This document shows, in pieces, positions 50,504 to 58,604 of a stretch of 64,000 bases of DNA. The number at the start of each line of letters is the position of its first letter. Position 1 is the first letter of the stretch. Made by a program: the position numbers and the translations under genes. Location: positions 558,001 to 622,000 of the forward strand of contig JBLWGC010000104.1 in the NCBI GenBank assembly GCA_048772705.1. Direction: 5' to 3'. The notes below the pieces were generated by a model. That model was not told where the DNA came from, did not search any database, and was given only the letters and a program-made list of their open reading frames with translations. This DNA is from Leidyana gryllorum EB-2025a. Taxonomy: Eukaryota > Protista > Apicomplexa.

Positions 50504-53500
50504 TCACTTGAAAAGCTGGCGAAGGTTGGATTCACTATTTCTCACATAGCTCGCGAATATAGCCCAGTTCATATAATGAGTATAGCTGGCCGGGTTTCGG
50601 GAGAGCAGGTTTGCGATCCATGACCAGAAAGACTCTGGCACACAGCGACGGGTCTCGTCATCCTTGAGCTGCTCCAACATTTGGTTGAAAACTCGGGTGA
50701 GAATCCCATTACCACCTTCGTCGAGCAGGCGGATCTGACGTTCTAAATTGTCCGCATTCGCATACAGCAATTCACCCCGAGATGATGTGCACACCTTGCT
50801 CCTCAATTCGCTAAGTATTGCGGCGTCTTCTGCCGTTCTTGATCTCGTCGGTTGTCGGCGCGGCGCTCTTGGTCTGTTTCCGTGCACAGTCTGAGTTGCT
50901 GGCGTGCGTTGGTTCCTCTCCGTTTCCAAATAGAAAAGGAAGCGCTGGTGTATGAACCACTGCGACACAGTCTCATCAACGAATTCGACCAACTCTTCCT
51001 GTGGTGGCCATGAAACATTCTGCATCAAATCGTAGATCCTCTCCACTTTCGTCAATGTCATAGAATTCATCCAGTTTCCGAGAAAATGGTTCACCCCCAG
51101 TTTCGCCTTGGAATTCAGGTACTCCCCTCTCTTCTGATCCTTCTCTCTATGCTCACTTGAGAACGGGAGCCATTCAACCCGTTGAAGGGTCGGGAACGGA
51201 GTGTTTAAATCCTGTGTGATCAGATAGCCATTTCCAGTATCGGGGTTGGCAAATAACAGTTTCGCGGGTCTGAGGTATCTCAGCTGTTTCCCGCCCCACT
51301 CCAAGCCACCGGCCGATCCACTGTGCATAGCACAGACCACCCTGCGCCTCTCCTCGACGACTTTGCTCAACCAGCAAAAGACTATACATCGCAGCTCTCT
51401 ACCTCTGAGAGGAACCTCGGACTCGTTATTTTGCACCAAGTTCCACAGAGTAGCGATCATGCGGTCGAAAGGGGTGGACTGCCCCACATCCGCCGCCTTG
51501 CCAAACATAACATCCTGGTGGCCGAGGCGCTTGATGGCCAAGTGATGATGGGCCCAAGTTCTTGCAAAGCTTGCTGACACATCTGACTGACGTGGCCCCA
51601 TACACATCTGCTCGTACAGTCTCGTAAACATCTCCTCAGCCGACCCTTTCACTGTCCTGGCCCTTAAATCGGATGTGCTCGCCTCTATTGTGCAGACCAT
51701 TGCTGGTATCCAGCTCTCTACTGACTCAACCGTACCGCTGGTCCCTGGCCTCGAGTTGTCCCCGGCCTGTACTTCACTGGGCACTGAAGGGCCAAGATTC
51801 CCACGGTCTCTTGCCACCTTCGTGGCAGGTTCAGCCATTATCGAAGTGTCGGGAACGGCTGCAGACTTCGAGCTACGCTTGCGAGATTTCCTCTGGGGCA
51901 CCCGTCCTCCAGTCTTAGTTCTACTCCTTACGCTTTCATGCTGTGAGGAAAAAGAGTCGTGGGCATCCACGTTTGAGCTGACAAGCTGCTCCTGAAACAC
52001 CGGGGTGCCCACGTTTGAGCCACCAATCTGCTTTTGAGACACCGGTGTGTTCACGTTTGAGCTGACAAGCTGCTCCTGAAACACCGGGGTGCCCACGTTT
52101 GAGCTGACAAGCTGCTCCTGAAACACCCGTGTGTCCACGGTTGAGCCGCCAAGCTGCTCCTGAAACACCGGTGTGTCCACGGTGGAGCTGACAAGCTGCT
52201 CCTGAAACACCGGTGTGTCCACGGTTGAGCTGACAAGCTGCTCCCGAAACACCGGTGTGTCCACGGTTGAGCTGACAATCTGCTCCCGAAACACCGGTGT
52301 GTCCACGTTTGAGCTGACAATCTGCTTTTGAGAGGCCGGTGTGTCCACGTTCGAGCCGACCACGGAGAAATCGCCGTTCTCGTTTTCCATTGAAACCATA
52401 ACGTTCGAGCTCTCCCCACTCTCCATGGTGCCCGGCGGCCATACAACCGGGGTTAAGCTTTGAGCGTCAATGACAACACCGGTATCCTGAACCCGTACTC
52501 TTTCGCCGTTCTCGCTTTCCATTAAAACTATAATGTCAGAGTCCTCACTGCTCTCGGTGGGACCCTGCTGCCGTACCGCCGGGGTCCAGGCTTGGGGGCC
52601 AAGTGGGTTACTGGCATCCTGAAGCTGTATACTTTCGCCTTTCTTGCTTTCCATTAGAATTATAATGTCCGAGTCCTCACTACTCTCGCATACGACCGGG
52701 GTCGAGCCTTGGGGGCCAAGTAGGTTATTGGCATCCTGAAGCTGTATACGTTCGCCATCACTCGTCACCGTACTCTCGCGAGCATCCGTAAGTGTGAAAG
52801 GAAGTGCTTCATCCGCTGACATTGTCTGCTCCTCACATCCCAACCACTCGATCACCTCGATATTCTCCAGAGCAGACGCAGCATCCTGCTGAGCTTCATC
52901 ACACAGGTACATAGAGATGCTTTCGCTGTCGTTCGAGGTCTCGTCGACAGCTGCAATGACCTCCGCGTCCATCAACTTGGAGGCTACGGCGGGTTCTGTG
53001 TCGGACATCACAAGACTGGCTGAACAATCCGATCTGGCGTCATCCGGTGATAAATCAAAATCTCCGAGTTCGAATTGAACTTCACTCATATTATCACTTC
53101 CGAAGTCACTGAAGAAAGGACTTGGCGTAGCGGCTTCGTCGACCAATTCTGAGTCGGATTCAAAAATAGCTTTCCTCGGCCAGGTTTGTGGCACAGTGGG
53201 GGCGCCAAGAAGCTCCAAAATCTCTGCAAGTTGAGCTGCTTGTGAGTCACTCAGTACTTTTGAGGTGCCCTGCGCACTCATTCTGTCTCCAATGATTGCT
53301 TCGGTGTTCGGCGCCACTTCGGACGTGAGATATGTGAGAATCTTTGAGATACCGGTCGGGTGCGAAGCAGTCGCTTCTTCTGGAACAGGAGTGAAAGTCG
53401 CTTCGCCACCACCTGTTTGGGCGCCAAGAAGCTCCAAAATCTCTGCAAGTTGAGCTGCTTGTGAGTCACTCAGTACTTTTGAGGTGCCCTGCGCACTCAT

Positions 53501-54445
53501 TCTGTCTCCATCGATTGCTTTGGAGCCGTTCGGCGCCGCTTCGGACGTGAGATATGTGAGAATCTTTGAGATACCGGTCGGGTGCGAAGCAGTCGCTTCT
53601 TCTGGAACAGGAGTGAAAGTCGCTTCACCACCACCTGTTTGGGCGCCAAGAAGCTCCAAAATCTCTGCAAGTTGAGCTGCTTGTGAGTCACTCAGTACTT
53701 TTGAGGTGCCCTGCGCACTCATTCTGTCTCCATCGATTGCTTTGGAGCCGTTCGGCGCCGCTTCGAACTTGAGATATGTGAGAATCTTTGAGACGCCGGT
53801 TGCCTGTGGCGGCCCAAGCGATCCCTCGGAGGCAGGCGTGAAGGTCGCTTCGCCAGCCTCTGGGGCCTCGAGCTCAGGAAAGTCAAAACTGATTTGGTCG
53901 TCGTTCCACATTATGTGTTCCAGGAGTTCTGGATCACTAATGGTCGAGTCCATTACGCTGGTATCATTGCCAAATTCGGCATCATTGGGGTCAGCCAAAT
54001 TCTGGGACTCCAATATGTGCTCATTGCCGCTGAGAACCTCAGAATCCCCGCCGGTTGTCAAATGGGCGCACGCGATCTCTTCAAGAGGTTTCTCCAAACA
54101 AAGGCGCGGAACCTTTTGACCTCTGGCGCTGATTATGACGTCATTCACTAAATTACGAGGCTCAATCGTCGTCTTCGAAACATTCTCAAGAATTTGTTCG
54201 GCGATACTGCTGACACGGTCCAATTGAGGCGAAGGGGCCGGGGTGCCTGGTCCCCAAGGTCCGCTCTGGAGAAGACTCAACAGCAGGTGAGACTGGCGGT
54301 GATCTTTGTAGCGGCGCCCTCGTCCAACCCAGCAAATCACTTTCATGAGGGGAGAAAATTTTGGACCGTACCTGGAAGGAAACCGGTCACGGCTCTGACA
54401 CTCTGTGCTCAGTTGGCTGCCACATCTCACCTCCAAGCGACGCAT
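50504..54445 (-). CDS. Intronless acidic repeat protein (1313 aa) with unknown C-terminal globular domain
   Basis: Long ORF containing 73-74 aa x3, ~41 aa x3 and 14 aa x9 tandem repeats; start uncertain. Confidence 0.75.
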   Translation of the reverse strand: MRRLEVRCGSQLSTECQSRDRFPSRYGPKFSPLMKVICWVGRGRRYKDHRQSHLLLSLLQSGPWGPGTPAPSPQLDRVSSIAEQILENVSKTTIEPRNLVNDVIISARGQKVPRLCLEKPLEEIACAHLTTGGDSEVLSGNEHILESQNLADPNDAEFGNDTSVMDSTISDPELLEHIMWNDDQISFDFPELEAPEAGEATFTPASEGSLGPPQATGVSKILTYLKFEAAPNGSKAIDGDRMSAQGTSKVLSDSQAAQLAEILELLGAQTGGGEATFTPVPEEATASHPTGISKILTYLTSEAAPNGSKAIDGDRMSAQGTSKVLSDSQAAQLAEILELLGAQTGGGEATFTPVPEEATASHPTGISKILTYLTSEVAPNTEAIIGDRMSAQGTSKVLSDSQAAQLAEILELLGAPTVPQTWPRKAIFESDSELVDEAATPSPFFSDFGSDNMSEVQFELGDFDLSPDDARSDCSASLVMSDTEPAVASKLMDAEVIAAVDETSNDSESISMYLCDEAQQDAASALENIEVIEWLGCEEQTMSADEALPFTLTDARESTVTSDGERIQLQDANNLLGPQGSTPVVCESSEDSDIIILMESKKGESIQLQDASNPLGPQAWTPAVRQQGPTESSEDSDIIVLMESENGERVRVQDTGVVIDAQSLTPVVWPPGTMESGESSNVMVSMENENGDFSVVGSNVDTPASQKQIVSSNVDTPVFREQIVSSTVDTPVFREQLVSSTVDTPVFQEQLVSSTVDTPVFQEQLGGSTVDTRVFQEQLVSSNVGTPVFQEQLVSSNVNTPVSQKQIGGSNVGTPVFQEQLVSSNVDAHDSFSSQHESVRSRTKTGGRVPQRKSRKRSSKSAAVPDTSIMAEPATKVARDRGNLGPSVPSEVQAGDNSRPGTSGTVESVESWIPAMVCTIEASTSDLRARTVKGSAEEMFTRLYEQMCMGPRQSDVSASFARTWAHHHLAIKRLGHQDVMFGKAADVGQSTPFDRMIATLWNLVQNNESEVPLRGRELRCIVFCWLSKVVEERRRVVCAMHSGSAGGLEWGGKQLRYLRPAKLLFANPDTGNGYLITQDLNTPFPTLQRVEWLPFSSEHREKDQKRGEYLNSKAKLGVNHFLGNWMNSMTLTKVERIYDLMQNVSWPPQEELVEFVDETVSQWFIHQRFLFYLETERNQRTPATQTVHGNRPRAPRRQPTRSRTAEDAAILSELRSKVCTSSRGELLYANADNLERQIRLLDEGGNGILTRVFNQMLEQLKDDETRRCVPESFWSWIANLLSRNPASYTHYMNWAIFASYVRNSESNLRQLFK
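51964..52360 (-). repeat. 42-bp coding minisatellite, 9 full copies plus a partial (SSxVDTPVFQEQLV)
   Basis: Directly visible tandem units. Confidence 0.95.
53200..53855 (-). repeat. ~219-222 bp coding tandem repeat x3
   Basis: Near-identical units encoding GEATFTP..ISKILTYL..MSAQGTSKVLSDSQAAQLAEILELLGA. Confidence 0.95.
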
Positions 54446-55128
54446 TTACTTCTCTTCTGCTCACACCGGGAGAGTAGAGAACGCCGACAACTGGCCTCTT
54501 GAAGATTGCAGATCGTATATTTGTGTACAACTCCCATCATCAGTCCTTGTGCACTAAAGCGCCAGCCACAATAGAGATGGCTGCCGACGACTAATTAGAC
54601 AGGCGAACTCAACAATACAGCACGCCATCCGCCCTTCTTCAGCCAGTACGACGGTGGGGATCTAAAGTAACGTGCCTTATCTGGGCGCCTCTCTCGCAGG
54701 ACGAATGCACAGATTCCTCCATGCAGATAGATAGACCTCTAATTGAACTGAAATATCTCATTCACTGAGAACTGGTGGTACCGAGTTGGAGATCGCGTCC
54801 GGTAGCACATCCGCAGGTTCTTCGACACCCTTGTCGGCACTTTTCCTCGGGACTACTGTCTCTGTAGGCTAATTGGATAGAGACTCAGGGCTCGTTGTCT
54901 CTATGCTCGTACTGGTCTAAAGTAAGCGTCATGGGCCCAGGCGAACTACAGATCAGTCGGAGGACCCTCAGAAGGCCGATTGCACACACGCGGGCCCTTG
55001 CGAAAAAAGCTTGGGCAGGGGCTGGTGGAAGTAGCTGGTCTCCAGCCCCATCCAAGGGACACCATGCCCTAAACTGTAAGTCTCGAGTCCCTTCGCAAGT
55101 CCCCTCCTGGACCTCCCGAAGGTCAGCC

Positions 55129-55668
55129 CTACAGTGGTGGGGATGCAGTCCGCAGGGCCTCCATGATGTTTTTCTGTTGAGCCCTATTCTCCGAACACAG
55201 TTTCACCATCATAGTCACTTCTCTCGGAATTTTGTGCCTGTCTTTGTCGACCACATTGGGCCAAGTGGTCAACTCTCCCTCAGGATTCCTCATATACCAC
55301 ACCATAACGCAGAATGCTCTCCAGTATGAATTCTTGATATCGTCACCAATCAATTGTCTCAGTGGTATGCCCCAGTTTCTTACAGGCACGGCGCCCAGTC
55401 CATACGGTCCGCCTTCGAGCATCCCGATAGCCTCTTGCACCATGATGGACAGCTGCTGGTCTGACCTCCTTGACAGCCAAGCCACAAACTTTTCTTCCAC
55501 CAGAGGTTCGGTTTGACAGACAAGAGGCTGAACGAGGGGCTGCAGCTTGCGCATTACCACAACCAGCGAATCCGCTTTGGAGATACTGCATCCGTACTGA
55601 CAGTTTGGGGGGTGTCCGGAGGTGTCTTCCGACGGTTGTTTGATCGCCTTCTTTGGATCGGGGTCCAT
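55129..55668 (-). CDS. Hypothetical protein (~180 aa)
   Basis: ORF from MDPDPKK with globular composition; no motif. Confidence 0.5.
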   Translation of the reverse strand: MDPDPKKAIKQPSEDTSGHPPNCQYGCSISKADSLVVVMRKLQPLVQPLVCQTEPLVEEKFVAWLSRRSDQQLSIMVQEAIGMLEGGPYGLGAVPVRNWGIPLRQLIGDDIKNSYWRAFCVMVWYMRNPEGELTTWPNVVDKDRHKIPREVTMMVKLCSENRAQQKNIMEALRTASPPL

Positions 55669-56410
55669 CCTATTCTTACCGTTATCGAAGGCTTTGATTG
55701 ACAGCTTGATCTGTAATAGACACACAGACACAACCCAGCTGCATCGCCCATTGGGACGATGCCGCACACAACTACAAAAGCACAGACAGAATAGAAAAGA
55801 TAGACAGAGCGAGAGATGCGCGACTCTTAATCAGTGACTATAGATCAACAAAACTACAACTAATCTACTACAACTTCTACTACTCATCATACCCGTTATA
55901 ACCCGATCACAGAGCCTACGCCTACAAAGGCGATCCTCCAAGGAACCAGACATGTCGGAACAAGTTGAGGAGGTCACGCCAATCCAACACCGCGTCACCA
56001 CCGATCCAAACCCCTCCCAGGACCCCGCAAACTCCAATCACAGCTTTCTCTCAGACAATTAGATTTTCTGCTTTCTGTATTATTACGCTGTGGTAGTCAT
56101 ATTCTCTTTCTAATGATCTCCCCTCCAGTACTCGTCGTCCTATCGATTACTGGTTACAATCAGCACTACCCTTCAGATTACTAATTACGCGGCGACAGTA
56201 TTGGCGAGGTAAATACCGATCAAATCCTCTATTCACAGTCGTTCCGTCACCAGTCATAGGCTAACTTCTCAGTCCGTGGGACAAGGATTGCTCACTGCGG
56301 TTGACGACTCGGCGGCTGCCCTGTTGGATATTGGGTGCTAGAAGGAAATCATCAAATGGAGTCCTCGCAGCAAAGTAAGAGTATTGGTATCCATTAGTCA
56401 TTTGTGATCG

Positions 56411-56482
56411 TCAGTTAGGGATAACTGGAACATTGGTCTCTTCAGTGAATGTCTGAAGCCAAGCGTATGCTATTATCATCAT
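56411..56482 (-). ncRNA. Box C/D snoRNA family A copy 1 (snR38-like)
   Basis: ATGATGA..ACGCTTGGCTT-CAGA(D')..TGAAGA(C')..CCAGTTATCCCTAA-CTGA; flanking stem GATCG/CGATC; guides complementary to conserved LSU AGGGAUAACUGG and AGCCAAGCGU. Confidence 0.9.
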
Positions 56483-56510
56483 TTACGATCCGTCAATCAT
56501 TATTCATGAA

Positions 56511-56578
56511 TCAGAGAACTTCGATGAAGGTCGTCTTTGGCTTGAAGCCTCCGACATATGCTTGTATATAGTCATTAT
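56511..56578 (-). ncRNA. Box C/D snoRNA family B copy 1 (snR74/SNORD27-like; variant box C)
   Basis: ATAATGA..ACAAGCATATGT-CGGA..TCGAAGTTCT-CTGA; guide complementary to SSU CAUAUGCUUGU. Confidence 0.75.
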
Positions 56579-56595
56579 TGCGTCATATTCAATTG

Positions 56596-56667
56596 TCAGA
56601 AATATAGGCCTAGAGTTTGTCGTCAACCAGCTTTGCTGTAACGCATCCTTTAAGTGTTGATCATCAT
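56596..56667 (-). ncRNA. Box C/D snoRNA family C copy 1 (target not identified)
   Basis: ATGATGA..TGACGA(C')..CTCTAGGCCTATATTT-CTGA; conservation between copies falls off outside the boxes. Confidence 0.8.
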
Positions 56668-56805
56668 TTGGATGCTCACGAGAGAAACGATATGAGGAGT
56701 AAAGCTTCACGATAATACCAGCACCAGATGGCCATCCAAGGAGACGCCCAAACAAGCACACGCACGCACACGAGCATCATACGATGCCAAGTTGTCTTTG
56801 AACCG

Positions 56806-56877
56806 TCAGTTAGGGATAACTGGAACATTGGTCTCTTCAGTGAATGTCTGAAGCCAAGCGTATGCTATTATCATCAT
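56806..56877 (-). ncRNA. Box C/D snoRNA family A copy 2
   Basis: Same 72-nt core as copy 1; different terminal stem ACCG/CGGT. Confidence 0.9.
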
Positions 56878-57077
56878 GATCGGTAGGGAGCGACAGGTGG
56901 AGTGCCAGCGTGACTCGGTGCCACCCAAGTCGAGCTGGTACTCCGTTTAAGCCCACAAGTGAGTATAGGTTGCTGTTGTAGGAGAAGAGTGGCTAATGGA
57001 GCACTCAGGTCCTCAAAGAAGTCAACCACAACACCAAATCATGTAACACATCATGCATAACACAATTGGGAATGAGT

Positions 57078-57145
57078 TCAGAGAACTTTGATGAAGGTCG
57101 TCTTCGACTGAAAGCCTCCGACATATGCTTGTATAGAGTCATCAT
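57078..57145 (-). ncRNA. Box C/D snoRNA family B copy 2
   Basis: ATGATGA..ACAAGCATATGT-CGGA..TCAAAGTTCT-CTGA. Confidence 0.9.
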
Positions 57146-57162
57146 TAGGTCATACCATATTG

Positions 57163-57235
57163 TCAGAAATATAGGCCTAGAGTTTGTCGTCAACCAGCTT
57201 TTGCTGTAACGCATCCTTTAAGTGTTGATCATCAT
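57163..57235 (-). ncRNA. Box C/D snoRNA family C copy 2
   Basis: Same core; terminal stem TTGTCA/TGACAA. Confidence 0.82.
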
Positions 57236-57311
57236 GACAAGTGCAGGCAAAGAGGGGATCACAAGAGGTCGAAGAGATGTAAAACCCTCCATATCATGGC
57301 AAAATGTGTTG

Positions 57312-57379
57312 TCAGAGAACTTTGATGAAGGTCGTCTTAGGCTTTGGGCCTCGGACATATGCTTGTTTTCGTTCATCAT
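57312..57379 (-). ncRNA. Box C/D snoRNA family B copy 3
   Basis: Most diverged copy, but boxes and both guides are intact; D' is CCGA. Confidence 0.88.
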
Positions 57380-57463
57380 AAGTTGGTCGACGAGAACAAT
57401 AAGTATAACATCAGCACATAGAATGGCAGTGTCAAAAGAATAAGAAGTAATTAGTGATCGTGG

Positions 57464-57535
57464 TCAGTTAGGGATAACTGGAACATTGGTCTCTTCAGTG
57501 AATGTCTGAAGCCAAGCGTATGCTATTATCATCAT
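57464..57535 (-). ncRNA. Box C/D snoRNA family A copy 3
   Basis: Same 72-nt core; stem GATCGT/ACGATC. Confidence 0.9.
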
Positions 57536-57563
57536 TTACGATCCGTCAATCATAACGAGTGAA

Positions 57564-57631
57564 TCAGAGAACTTTGATGAAGGTCGTCTTCGGCTTTGAG
57601 CCTCCGACATATGCTTGTATATAGTCATCAT
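57564..57631 (-). ncRNA. Box C/D snoRNA family B copy 4
   Basis: Boxes and both guides intact. Confidence 0.9.
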
Positions 57632-57648
57632 TGAGTCATAAGAAATTG

Positions 57649-57721
57649 TCAGAAATATAGGCCTAGAGTTTGTCGTCAACCAGCTTTTGCTGTAACGCAT
57701 CCTTTAAGTGTTGATCATCAT
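57649..57721 (-). ncRNA. Box C/D snoRNA family C copy 3
   Basis: Same core bounded by ATGATGA and CTGA. Confidence 0.82.
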
Positions 57722-57874
57722 TTGGATGCTCACGAGAAAAACTATATGAAGGGTAGAGCTCCACGAAGAAGAATAGTACCAATAATACAGCACAATATGT
57801 CCGTCCAAGGAGACGCCCAAACAAGCACACGCACGCACACGAGCATCACACGATGCCAAGTTGTCTTTGAACCG

Positions 57875-57946
57875 TCAGTTAGGGATAACTGGAACATTGG
57901 TCTCTTCAGTGAATGTCTGAAGCCAAGCGTATGCTATTATCATCAT
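57875..57946 (-). ncRNA. Box C/D snoRNA family A copy 4
   Basis: Same 72-nt core; stem ACCG/CGGT. Confidence 0.9.
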
Positions 57947-58215
57947 GATCGGTAGGGAGCGACAGGTGGAGTGCCAGCGTGACTCGGTGCCACCCAAGTC
58001 GAGCTGGTACTCCGTTTAAGCCCACAAGTGAGTATAGGTTGCTGTTGTAGGAGAAGAGTGGGTAATGGAGCACTCAGGTCCTCAAAGAAGTCAACCAAAG
58101 CATGTGGCATGAAGATTGACTGATAAGTGGAAGCGGGATGACTTGAGAGATCCAAAAGTTTGGCTGATGAGAAATAAAATATGCACTGCCGATAATGGAG
58201 AGACAAAAACGTGTT

Positions 58216-58575
58216 TTAGTCCAAGAGCCAATTCTTGCATGTTCCTCTGCACTTGCAGCATCGGCAACCTTGGAAGTGGCCATTGGCATTGGCGGGCTCA
58301 CCAGGTTGTGCGTAGTGTGACCTTCCGCCAGCGAGAGGCGAGATCATCACAGTCTGGTCAGTGAACGGCACCCAGTCGCCGGGGGCAGTAGGTTGAGGAG
58401 AGGTGATGAGAGGTGACGTTGTAGAATAGGGGGGGGTTGGCACGGGGTTTGTATTAGTCGTTGTTGGCGTCTGAGTTGGACGGGGCAGTTGATAGAGGGG
58501 GGCAGCTTGGCCCGCTTGAGGTCTTGTGCCGATGGGCACAGGCACAGAATAGCTTGGCATATCGACAGGGGCCAT
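58216..58575 (-). CDS. Small Pro/Thr-rich protein with Cys-rich C-terminus
   Basis: 119 aa ATG ORF; PPY motif and GCRCCKCRGTC tail. Confidence 0.55.
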   Translation of the reverse strand: MAPVDMPSYSVPVPIGTRPQAGQAAPLYQLPRPTQTPTTTNTNPVPTPPYSTTSPLITSPQPTAPGDWVPFTDQTVMISPLAGGRSHYAQPGEPANANGHFQGCRCCKCRGTCKNWLLD

Positions 58576-58604
58576 TTGAACTCAGTCTTATGAAAACTTT
58601 GTGA

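Noticed and set aside
51936-52446. Alternative-frame repetitive ORFs
   Set aside because: By-product of a stop-free 42-bp minisatellite inside the 1313-aa CDS.
56912-56924. GTGGCACCGAGTC on the minus strand matching the SpCas9 tracrRNA 3' hairpin
   Set aside because: A 13-nt coincidence; none of the rest of the scaffold is present.
57087-57113. Hammerhead-like TTGATGA-stem-GAAA on the plus strand
   Set aside because: C3 is missing, there is an extra A before the stem, and GAAA is not conserved in the other three B copies; it is the antisense of the snoRNA internal region.
56406-58097. CRISPR-like repeat-spacer array
   Set aside because: Eukaryotic context, no cas genes, three different ~70-nt units with irregular spacers; C/D boxes and rRNA guides explain the pattern.
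56504-58206. Short ORFs within the repeat block (56504-56761, 57005-57214, 57222-57443, 57722-57955, 57943-58206)
   Set aside because: Frames are broken between copies by indels; conservation follows the RNA boxes, not codons.
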